This document shows positions 39,034 through 50,316 of a stretch of 64,000 nt of DNA, in pieces. This DNA comes from Kudoa neothunni (taxonomy: Eukaryota; Animalia; Cnidaria). The notes below the pieces were generated by a model. The model worked only from the letters and a program-made list of their open reading frames with translations. It searched no databases and was not told the origin of the DNA. The position numbers and the translations under genes are program-made. How positions within the stretch are numbered: position 1 is the first letter of the stretch; every line of letters begins with the position of its first letter. The DNA lies in assembly GCA_964304625.1 (NCBI GenBank), contig OZ199838.1:16661469-16725468 (forward strand), read 5' to 3'.

Positions 39034-41001
39034 CTAAATATTATAAAACATGCTTATTCTCCTCGGAATGTTTATCGCTGGAGGGGGTACAATTTGAGGT
39101 GTGTTGTTGACTAACAACAAGAGCAGGATTTCTCATAGAAAAAAGCTCTTTATATATAATCGGCCCCAAGTAACTTCCGTAACTAGCACAATAGCCATCC
39201 ACATCTTCACAAACTCGCAATATGTTGCTTCCAGCGATGTATTTGGCTTGTTTGATCAGCAGTTCCTTTATTGGTATTGATACATCAATTATATTAGTTA
39301 AACAACAACTAGATTACTTTGAGATGGTTGGCCTCATATTTAGCGAGTTGGTGTTGTGTGGAATCACCACTCCCCTCTAGGGTCATTTCAATTAGTTGTC
39401 CTAGCCTCGATAGCAACGGCAATAGGGTTAATTTGGTCACATTCGCTCCCATGTCAAACAACAAGACAGCAGCTCCATAGTAACTACTAAAAGGAATAGT
39501 ATCCACGTCTGTGGTGGAATCAGTAGCGCTATCAGAGTGATTTTGTGTATTTTGGATTTCGAGCAAGTCATCCACCGGACAAAGTTCGGCGTCTTCATCT
39601 TTGATTAGATCATCATTGAAAGTTGAGGCGCTGTCGTCGTGAGTGGCACTGCCTAGGGATGATGTTTTGGTGTTATTACCGACAAGGTATTGTTGGTTGG
39701 TGGGTAACGCTTTACAACATTCAATCACTCGTTTGGCAATATTGCACACACGCATCTAATAAAACCAATCAGCAACCACGTCCACTCAACTAACCAACGA
39801 CAAATACACTTAGAGAAGGAAGCGAATTTTGAAAGGATGCACAAATGTGGGCCAATGTTTTTGAAGCGAAACATCTCAAAGCCCAGTGATTTTCCGCTTC
39901 CGACTTCACACACATTCGTCTACTGACAATGCAATTCAATAGCGCTGGCACAAAAAAATGAAGTTGATTTTGCATGAATTCTCTTTTGAGATGGACATTA
40001 TCAAAAATAGCTTTTATCTATGTCCATGAGATTAAATTTACCAGTCTCATTCACACACAAGGAGTGTTACCATTCGAACACAATTCAACAAAATTCCAAG
40101 GTTGGGCTTCAAAACATTCGTTTTAGTGGTCTCACGGACAAAACACGCAAAGTGAGGGGTCAACTCTTTCATAACCAAGTCGGTTGCCATCACATGCAAT
40201 GCTTCCTTCTTTTTATTTTCATTGGTTCCAAAGCAGGCTTCAGTCAACTCCTTGTACACCAGCTATACAGATGACAATTTGTAGAACAACACCACATAAA
40301 ACCCAACCAGCTTTAAATACTTGTCGTTCGATCAACAAAGGCACTTTATCTGAAAACACGGTCAATGGTTGTCCAACTGGAATGTTGTTGACATTTTTAG
40401 GTTTGGTTGTAGTGCTTCCCGCATTCAAATGTTGATAGTTGAATGAGTTTGATAAGGATTCAGCCAATTCTAATCTTTTAACATTCTCCTCCATCACCTG
40501 TGGTGTATTTTCTAGTATGTCAGGAACGACTCCATCGATGGATAACCAATGTTCATGAACAACAACTTCACGTGGTAGTTTAAGTGGTGGTTGGGACAAA
40601 AATGATTCCAACTCAAATTCTTTATCTGAGTAGGTCATCATTCCTTTCAACCGACTTCCGCTCCCAGCAATCGCATTACTAGTATTAGAGGAGGTGGGAT
40701 GGAGTTGATAGTTTATCTGCGAATAGCAGCCACCATACAAAGCCCCAAAATCACCTAATTTTAGTGCCGCGACAATATCACTCCCTTTCAGATGTTCTCT
40801 CTTGCTTTGATTTGTTATTTTCTTTGCGCAACTCAAAAGTGTGAATAACTGATATGTGCAATCGCACGAAAGCAGATTTAATGATTCTGCACCAAGATTT
40901 GGTAATTTGTGTTGGTTGGCAACCATTTTGATAAAATTGGTTGATAACTCCCAACGACAGTGGGTTTGCATCAATTTTTGATCCATGTTAGTTTTTTCCA
41001 T
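39034..41001 (-). CDS. TAF6: TFIID subunit TAF6
   Basis: Histone-fold N-terminus (SKREHLKGSDIVAAL), LPREVVVHEHWLSIDGVVP..ENTP, YKELTEAC, LHFFVPALLNCIVSRRMC, NHWALR and SYYGA. Confidence 0.92.
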
Positions 41002-41083
41002 CTCGTAAAATTCGATGGTAACACTCAATATAGATGTCTATTTTTACGTTAAGTGGGTGTTGAGGCTATAGTTGAATAAATAT

Positions 41084-41094
41084 CGCGCATGCGC
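41084..41094. promoter_or_regulatory. CGCGCATGCGC NRF-1-like motif in the bidirectional TAF6/NPRL2 promoter
   Basis: Lies in the 96-bp gap between the divergent ATGs at 41001 and 41098. Confidence 0.6.
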
Positions 41095-41097
41095 TAA

Positions 41098-42855
41098 ATG
41101 GATTCAAGTCTGCACCCTCTCCCCGAAGAATTCGATTCAAACAAATGGTTGTGCGGCGTTGGATTTTCGGTGATGGACAACCGGAAAGGTCCACAAATAA
41201 TATGTCAAGTTCCGAGTGGAATATTGTTAGCTGACGATTTCAACCAGATTTCCAATTCTATTATTTGTGAAACCATTCCCAATATCAATACGATCACGTT
41301 TTTGCATGGGAAATATTATATTATGGGTTGTCCTATCAAAATCGAGGACAAACACTACACACGTAACAGTTTTTTGTTTAACGTGTTTTTCATGTTGGAA
41401 TCTGCAATTCAAACCAACTCGTCACACCTTCGAATGTATTATCTAAATTTTTTGGATATTGGAAGTCCAGAAATTTGATATTAATCCTTAAAAATAGATT
41501 TAAATCAATTTCAACTACAATCGCTCTGCACATGCGCCAAGTTGAATCGAAAACTAAAATTCTCTCGTCCTACAATGAGGATATCAACCGGAAAAAAATT
41601 TTGCAAATTTTGCAAGGGTTGTATGAATCGCTCATGCGCAATAAGAGTCATTTTATATTTGAGCACGACGGCAAGCCTACTCCTAATAGTTTCGTGTTGA
41701 GTTGGAGAACGACATCCAACACGCCAAAATTATCAGGTGCCGCTGTGCCATTATTTCTAAAAAAACCACGCGACACTGCTGTAATTTTCCATTATTTAAT
41801 TATTCTTTTTTAGATGTGTTTTAATCGTTTAAATTTAATCTTTTATATGTTGCGCGCGCCGCCAGTTGTAGTTTTCAATAAGACAGAGGCTATGGGCGCG
41901 GTAAATTTTAATCCTAAATTACATGTGCGCATGCGTTTTGAAAATTTCTAATACCAGGAACTCTTATTTATAAGCGGTTTACAGATTTTATTTTTTGGAA
42001 TCTGCTATATTTAATTATTTCCATGCCAATAGTTGATTCCTTTCACATTAATTTCCGTTTAAATTTTAGCTACTAAGTTTGTTCTCAACATAATATGTAT
42101 ATATATATATATATATATATATCATGTTATATCTCATTCTGATTAAACCCTTAGAATGAGGTAAGTACAATTAAGTACAGACAAAATTATGTTTTTGATG
42201 ATTTTTATTATTAAATTAATTAAATTTTTAGTTTTGTTTCGATGAAAATGGATCAAAAATTGCACCTCATATCAATGGATCCAATGATCTCAATAAAATA
42301 GCGACCGAATCATCCATACCTCTAAATAATGTGATTGCTACTGTTGAATCTTTGATTCATGTGTGTAAAGTGGTGGCTGTTATTCCACACTATTCTGAAC
42401 ACTCGAGATTCACATGGGGTCCTAATTTCAATGAAATTTTCCACAACGATGACGTCAGAATTGGAATAACCGAATATTGTTCCCATCAGCCTACTAACAC
42501 CATAACTTCTAACTATAACAATGAATCATTCATCTGTATTCTCCATTTGTTAAGCAATGTGGTGAGTACAAGCATTCCGATGAATCATTTGAAAAATTTT
42601 GTATCCAAAGATCAACTATCGATCATCAACCTAAAAGCTTTAATCGATTATTCGTTAGCTTGTCAAATTGTCGCCGTAGAATCCGGTTATCAAGTGGAAA
42701 TTCACCCTTGTCATGCTAATAGCAACACTAATCAAAATCACCATTTCAACTACCGTATACGATCTGATGAACACTCCGGTCTTAAATCAACCTCTCTTGT
42801 TTCCCAAAAGAACCACACACATACCAGTTCATCCATTACCAATCTTTTTATTTAG
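41098..42855 (+). CDS. NPRL2: GATOR1 subunit NPRL2 (divergent C-terminus)
   Basis: GPQIICQVP, MGCPIKIEDKHYTRNSFLFNVFF, AVPLF and PHINGSNDLNKIA. Confidence 0.85.
42098..42122. repeat. (TA)n microsatellite in an NPRL2 intron
   Basis: About 12 perfect TA units. Confidence 0.9.
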
Positions 42856-43499
42856 CCAACCTTTTTATTTATTGTTTTTTATGCATGATATACGTATTTA
42901 TCATTTTTCTGTAATTAAGTTATTGGCAATGTTTATTGGTCCGGCAGATAAGTTAATGATCGTTTTGCCTTTGTTAACATTATATAAAATAAGATTGGCT
43001 GTTATATTACAGCATTTATAAACTAATTTAATATGTTGGTCGTTCCTGATGGGATGTATTACCGATGTAGCTTGATTATGCTATTCAGATTTTATTATTT
43101 TATTTTTTGTGGAAATCTATGAAAAAATTAATTAACCAATTAGTCATAATATTTATATAAAACTGTAACGTCGTATTTTGTGAAACTTGTACTTGTACCC
43201 AGGGTAGCGTAGTTAAAGTACGCAATGAACAGCATCGAAAGTAATGTAGAAGAAAGTGATGTTAACACTAATGAGAATAGTTTTTTAACGTCGTTGATAC
43301 ATTTTTTCCCTTTTCAGAGTTAAAGTTGAGAATCTTACAGTTTTAATGTCAGGACAAAATTAATATTTCCATACTAAATCGCAAAATCATTGAGAGCGCA
43401 CAAAAACGATGTGATCGAGTATTATAATGTCACATGAAATTATATTATAATATTATTCAATGATTTAAATAATAGAGTATTTACTCTATTATTTAAGTG

Positions 43500-45182
43500 A
43501 GCACCATTAGTTACTAGAAGACGGATTTGTTTAGAAGTATCGCTTTTAAATGAACTTCTAAAATTTTAACAAGTTTCTAGAATTATGTTATATATTAAGA
43601 AACTATGTAGCATATGCACAGATAGTGCACCTTCGTTACTTGGGAAGAAGTCTGGTTTTGGCGAACTTGTTAAACAGAAAGTACCAGACCTTTTGGTAAC
43701 ATATTGTTTCCTCCATAAATATGCGCTAGCTTCGAAAACTCTCCAATCGATATTAAAGGATTTTCTTGACATGGCAGTGAAAGTGTTTAATGAAATTAAA
43801 TCCAACGCATATAACCATCGACTTTTTAAAACTCTTCGTCAAGAAATGAACAAAGATTATTCATTATCAAAGATGAGGTTGCCATGTTTCTTAGAGAAAG
43901 AAATAATGATCTTTATAAATAACTTGACGACAAAATATTCATTTATGGAATGGCATACCTATCTGATATCTTCGAGCACATCAGTGACTTAAATTTGTCT
44001 CTCCAGGGGAAAACGGTTACTTTAATTGGCACTTATGAAAAAATGCGCTCTTTCACAGCAAAACTAACGCACTGGTGGAATAAGATTTTATCCGAAAATT
44101 ATGTGAACTTTCCACAACTCGAAGATTTTCTACAAACTGACGCCATTAAATTGCCAACAGTATTGTCAAAAAAAATTCCAAACCACATCACAGTATTAAA
44201 ATACCCAGTTAAAGTTATTTTCAAACTACCAGCAATCTTTACCTTGATACATGGATTCGAAATTCAATTATATATAACATCAGCACCATGGCCGACTACG
44301 ATCCTTTGAAAGAAGAACTGATTGATCTACAATCAATGGAAATCCTGCATCATAAATTTAAACTAAAAAATGTTGGAGAATTTTGATGCTCCATTAGAAA
44401 ACTTCTCCCAAAACTCACAGAAATGGCCCTAAAAAGTAATATCATTCACAATAACATACTTGTGCGAAGCTGGATTATACATCCACACTGGTTCATATCA
44501 AAAACCAATTCCGCAATAGACTAAATCCAGAACATGATAATGATATGCGAGTTTCTATTGCAAAAACAATTCCTCATTTCGAATTACTTATCGAAATTAA
44601 ACAAAACCAAAAGTCTCACTAGTTGTAAGTTTCATTTTATAATACTAATAAATCACTCATCCGTTTTAGTCATAAAGGTGATGATATCGTGGAGTTCTTT
44701 AAAAATGAATACCAGTTTTGTATATTATAATCTTTAAAACATTAATTTATTTTTTTAGTAGCAAACACTACATTTCAAGATAAAACATTATGTCATTCAT
44801 TAGTTTCTTTTTTATTATTTTTTTATTACTGTAATTGTATTTCAACGATATTATAAAAAGTCGCTTCAGTATTAATCAAAATATACCTATAGGTTTCTTA
44901 CTTCTAAAATCGTTATTAAATTTTTAATGCTTATCGAAATAAACATTTTGTTTTAAGAAGATTACCTCAAGAATATTTTTATTAAAAATCGCTTTTAGTG
45001 AAAATTATTGTTTAAATAGAGCTAAAACTTGTGGATGTATATGGAAATTTAGCACATAAGACAATATTTTTTTAACAAAAATATTACTAGCAAAAATTTA
45101 CATGAAATGAAATGCTTAGGGTCCGTGTTCCTTTAGCTTAACTAATAGGGGTGCCGCGAGTCAAAAAGGTTGGCAACCACTG
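43500..45182 (+). mobile_element. 5'-truncated hAT (Buster/ZBED8-like) element with transposase pseudogene
   Basis: ICTDSAPSLLGKKSG, CFLHKYALASK, AYLSDIF..LNLSLQG, TYLCEAG and RNRL. Right TIR aaaaaggttggcaaccactg is followed by ttcTAggc. Confidence 0.85.
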
Positions 45183-45241
45183 TTCTAGGCGGTCAGTTCT
45201 ATTCGCGTATTTTTGTTTATTTGACTTTTCTGTTAAATTAG

Positions 45242-46951
45242 ATGGATTTCAGAAAATTTTTTGACGGTGTTAACAATAATTCTTATCTATCCGATTTAGA
45301 GTCCTATAGCGATTACTCATGTATTGACGATTTGATGTTAGAAAAAAGTGATAATTCGAGATCTGAATCATTTGAGGATATAAATGAAACCTATATATCC
45401 AAAAATTACTTAATTTTTGAAATTTCTGATGGAAATAAAGATAAATTTTATGGAAAGAACTTTGAATGGTCAGCTAATCCTGTAGGATTACTTTCTAAAA
45501 AGAGGGAGCATAATATTTTAAACGAAAAAAATCAAATAAACATTCCTGATAATATTAACATAGAATCTCAAATATGGAGTTTATTTTTTACAGATGCAAT
45601 ATTAAATAATATACTTTACCACACCAACAACCATTTAAAAAACATTAAGTCAAATTTCAAACTAGAACGTGATTGCATGTAACTTGAGCGATGCTATTTA
45701 AAAGCATATATTGGCTTGCACTACTTTCTTGCAATAAAAACGACAAATTTAACCGACAAGAATAAACTTTGATCAGACGACGACTTCGACGTTCCGTTAT
45801 GCAAAAAAGTTTTCAGTTTTAATAGATTCAAACTATTGAAAAGATGTCTACACTATGCGGAAAATTGGCCTGACTCTGCTCATCATAAATTTGAAAAAAT
45901 TAAAAATGTTTTCGATGACGACAAATCAAAATTCTTAAAATATTATTCCCCCTCGGAATATTTAATCATTGATGAAATGCTAAAATCATTTAGAAGGCGA
46001 TGTATTTTTAAACAATACCTGCCAGAAAAATTTGGGCTTAAAATATTGAATATGGCAGATTCAAATACATGTTATATTTTAAACCTAGAAGTTTATTTGG
46101 GTGCTCAGAATAACATGGATAATTCTGCTCAAAGTGTAGTTATGCGTCTAGCACAACCAGTTTTAGGTTCTGACGGAAACATAACTTTAGATAACTGGTT
46201 TTCTTCTGTTCTCCTTTTTCAAGAATTGTTAAACAGTGGAATAACGGCTTGAAGAACTTTAAAAAAAATAAAAAATACATTCCTGGTGAATTTTTAGCAT
46301 CATAAACAAAAGAGCTGTACACATCGAAATTTGCATGTACTAACGAGTTAATGCTGTTTTCATATATCTCTAAAAAGAATAAATCTGTCATTTTGTTGAG
46401 CAAATTTCATCGCCAGTTAATAGTCGACTTAGAAAATCCTAAAAAAGTTCCAGAAATTATTTCATTTTATAACTCTTCCAAAGGTCATGTTGATACAATG
46501 GATCAAATTATTCCACCTATCGAATAACTAGAAGATTTCCGGCAGTAATATTTCACACTTTGTTAGACGTCGTATTAATCAACGCTTTAGTTATTTACTA
46601 TATCAAATTGAACAAACCAATAAGATGTAAAGATTTTTTAAAATCGTTATCCATGCATTTCATGAAAGAGCAAATCTGTAGAAAATGCATTAAACATAAT
46701 TTATTTTAATTATTACTTTATAGAATCACCAAAAATCAATTTCTCGCAAGAATCCAACAATCTCATCGCCAAAAAACGTTGTCACTTGTGTCCTCACCAA
46801 AACGATAAAATACCCGAACAGGGAGTCATAGTTGAAAAAATCAATCAAAATAATATATGTGGCAATTTACATCGAGTTTTTCTTGGTGAGGTCCAGTGGA
46901 CCTCACGATTGCGTTCGCGTTAAGTTTTTTTCGTGTGCCACGGTGGGTTAA
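45242..46951 (+). mobile_element. Decayed piggyBac element; left end missing
   Basis: IWSLFFTD, IDEMLKSFRRRCIFKQYLPEKFGLK, ITLDNWFSS, YNSSKGHVDTMDQ and a Cys-rich tail. Right end gtgccacggtgggTTAA. Confidence 0.88.
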
Positions 46952-48298
46952 TGTTTTAGTTTTTACTACGTTAATTAATGAAACAATTCATTCAATATTT
47001 GCAGTAGCTGGAATCGTTTTCCTTAGCATCCTGATCGAGTCAATCTTTAAAATCCTCTACTTGTAAGTTATAACCAACACACCTTGATTGAAACACATAT
47101 TATACCACGCTCTTTTTTGAGCTTCGTTTGAATTTTCCTTCATACTTCGTAATAATATACGTCAATAACCTCAAAATATGTTATTAAAAAAATAGAAAAA
47201 TTTAAATAAAACGTTGAAATACCCAAATACAATCAGAGAATAATAATTACAATTGATCAAATAATAATTATTCAAAAATTGGAAAACAATGTGTTGACGA
47301 CGATCGTGATATCTTTTTAAAATTTGGAATAATTTTAATTCTCTCCATTACTAAAACAATAAATATGATTATTTTACCTAATTCTAAAACTTATTATTTA
47401 TAAACTGATCTCAAGGAATTTAATAATCCACAAGTTTTCTGAAAAAACAAAAAACCCAAGATTTAGCCTAGACTGAAAAATACTCCCCCAAGTACCTAAG
47501 ATTAGTAGAAAAACCCAAGGTTTGGGCGCCCTAGTTGCAACCGATAGCGCGCAAATAAGACTCTCGCGGTTATTATTATTTGTATTATTTTTATGTTTAG
47601 CGTCTTATTACAAAAGTTCACCTTACTAATTAATTGGGATACAGCGTATACTGTAAAAATGTCTAACGGCGATTATTATCGCGTTTTCAGGTACATTTTG
47701 AAAAAATTTTCCATTATTTCTAAAACTCTTACCAAAATTCAACTGTCAAAATTTAAATGTTACCCTCGTTTCTAATAAACAAAAATAAAATCTATGTGGG
47801 TTTTCTTGAAAAAATTGCGTCTTTCAGTTAGCCACGTGATATAACATATTGGTAGTTTCCTAGTTTAATTTAAAAATACTTTGAATATTTTTACCTTTTT
47901 AAATCATAAAATATTTCACCAAATATAAACTTTGAATACGTCGTATTGATGAAAGTGCACACTATCGGTTACCTACTATATTACAATAGTCATTTGAATA
48001 CATTATATATTTATAAAAATATTTAATTTGATTAAATTTTTCGTTATATGAATTATAAATTTTTTTAATAAGTAACTAAGAAAAGTTGAAAGTAATTATT
48101 TTGCTTTAGCCTATTTTATCGATTTTTTCAAAAATAAATAAAATAATATTATATCGATGAGATAAAATTCTAAGAGAGATTTTTTAAGAAAATTACAATT
48201 TTTCAGTGTGATTAATGCACTGTAGAATTAATTTTATTGTATATATAAAGGAGATGTAGAACGCGCATGTGCATTATTAGCACATCAAACGTAAACCT

Positions 48299-50316
48299 AT
48301 GTGGAGAGAGAACAAAAGACACAACAAGCGAGTTGATCGCATGATTTCAGATAGATATATCTCTAACGATAGGAGAATAAAGACCCCAGAAATGAATGTG
48401 AATTTTAATGTTTTGGGGTTGATTTATAAATAAAAAACAAGGTGAAACACTCCCAAAGTTTGATACGAATCATCGGCAAAAAAGCTAAAAAATACATAGA
48501 CGATAATAAAAATAGTACTCAAGACAATAAAGATTATTTGTAAATTTCCACAGTTTTGGATTTCATATGAAAATATTACAAAATTCTTACAAAATAATAT
48601 CTAGAGTACCTTGGACATACGATCCAAATATCAAAATCGATAGGTTCCTCCATCTTTTGATAAATTTGGGATTAAATAATGAGTTGTAATAATTAGATTT
48701 GATGCCAGAGCGTTTCTAGATTTGTTTTCAATACCAAAATCTGCACCTTTCAATCTGTATAATTCATTTTCGATTTAGTATAAACTATTTTAATCTAGAA
48801 TCGATATTATTAACGATGATAACATTGAAAAAAGAAACAAACTCAATCAGCTATGCAATTTTGAGCGTTTTCAAACTCTTATTCAACTAAAAATATTAAA
48901 TAGTGAGCTTTATTTAGTTTGATGTTTTTATGTGAATTTTTTATTTTGTTGAATAAAGTTCCGGAAGAAACCTACATTAAACAAATTTCGAAATTCCACA
49001 CATCCACTAAAACTACAGATTTTGATAAGTACACAAAACTCATTGTTTGGCATGGAATTTAGTGCATTCTTTAGCCGTGTCAAATATAAATCTAAAACTA
49101 ATGTAACCCTCCCATCAGCCACCATTGAATATCGATATGAAGATTCTCAAATTGTACCCGGAAAGGAAGAAAAAAAACCCGCCTGCGAACCAAATAATCA
49201 TCTCATCAACCCTTCACTTACAGATATTCCTATAGTTGTGAATTCGATGAGCGATGAACGAGTATTTTCTCGCTCTAATTTTAATTTTTAATTGGTTTCA
49301 TTAGAAAAAAGAAATAAATCGATTTGCTGCCAAATTTGGAATAGGTTCAACGCCTTTTACTGAGTAATATTTCTCTTACTCTATTTGTTCACTTTTTGAT
49401 TTCGACGCTTTTTGTAGATTGCTACTTAAGGACCACGAACGAAACAAACTCTCCGAAGAAATCTTAGACGGTGATGCTACTATTTGGAACAATATGGTAT
49501 TCAACTGATTTTATTTTTTTTTGATAAAACAAACTAGAAAAACAAAGAAGATGTTGGTCAATTGCGAGAAAAACAAAAATCCAATCAGCGTCGGATAACC
49601 CAATATTAGTTAGTTGTGTGCTTCCGATATCGAAAGTTCACATCCCATTAGTGATTCAGATATTGAACTAGAAATTGAAAGACCAACAAGCATTCTTCAA
49701 GAAGAAATGTACTTAGTTTATAATATTAACATTGCGTGATATGTACCGTAGAAACAAAAATTTGAAAGAATGCCAACAGCGTCAGCTGCAACATCAAACC
49801 TCGTACAAATCGGATCAAAGTGAAGATTCCCCCACACATTCTGACAAAGTGGAGTATATATCTGAATTTAACTTTCAGACGAGGTATCTATTGCTTTCAT
49901 TTCATTGTCTAATAGAACTTGGCCTTTAGTACTAAACGTAAAAGAAAGTACAACTTCTTATATATTGAAGGGTTTTATGTGTTTTTTGAAATTTTGTTGG
50001 CTTAGATCTCGATTTGATCAACCACCTGCTCCTGTGATTTCACCCCAACACATATCACCTAAAACTGAACCTAAACGCGCTGAAAGTGTATCTTCAAAAA
50101 AAGCTGTTCCTGTTCCTGCTCCTGCGAAAAGTGACAAAGTAATTGTAATGTGTATGATATCCCCCTACTATCCAACTAAATAGAAACTTACCCCTCGAGA
50201 GTTACTTAAATTGAGAACACAAAATCTTATCGAGAAGCAGCGTATTTTGAGATTGGCTTAAAAACTAAAAATAATTCATGTATTTAGTGAAGTTGGATCA
50301 ATCAAAAAAACACTGA
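48299..50316 (+). CDS. CLASRP: CLK4-associating SR-related protein (SFRS16), DRY_EERY domain, many short exons
   Basis: MWRENKRHNKR...VPWTYDPNIKIDRFDARAFLD...CNFERFQTLIQ, IEYRYEDS, KVEYISEF and C-terminal KLTPRELLKLRTQ match CLASRP landmarks. Some middle exon phases are uncertain. Confidence 0.8.

Noticed and set aside
1396-50316. Functional cluster of splicing genes (SNRNP40, LUC7L3, PRMT5, CLASRP)
   Set aside because: They are interspersed with unrelated genes and TEs, which is plausible by chance in a housekeeping-rich gene set.
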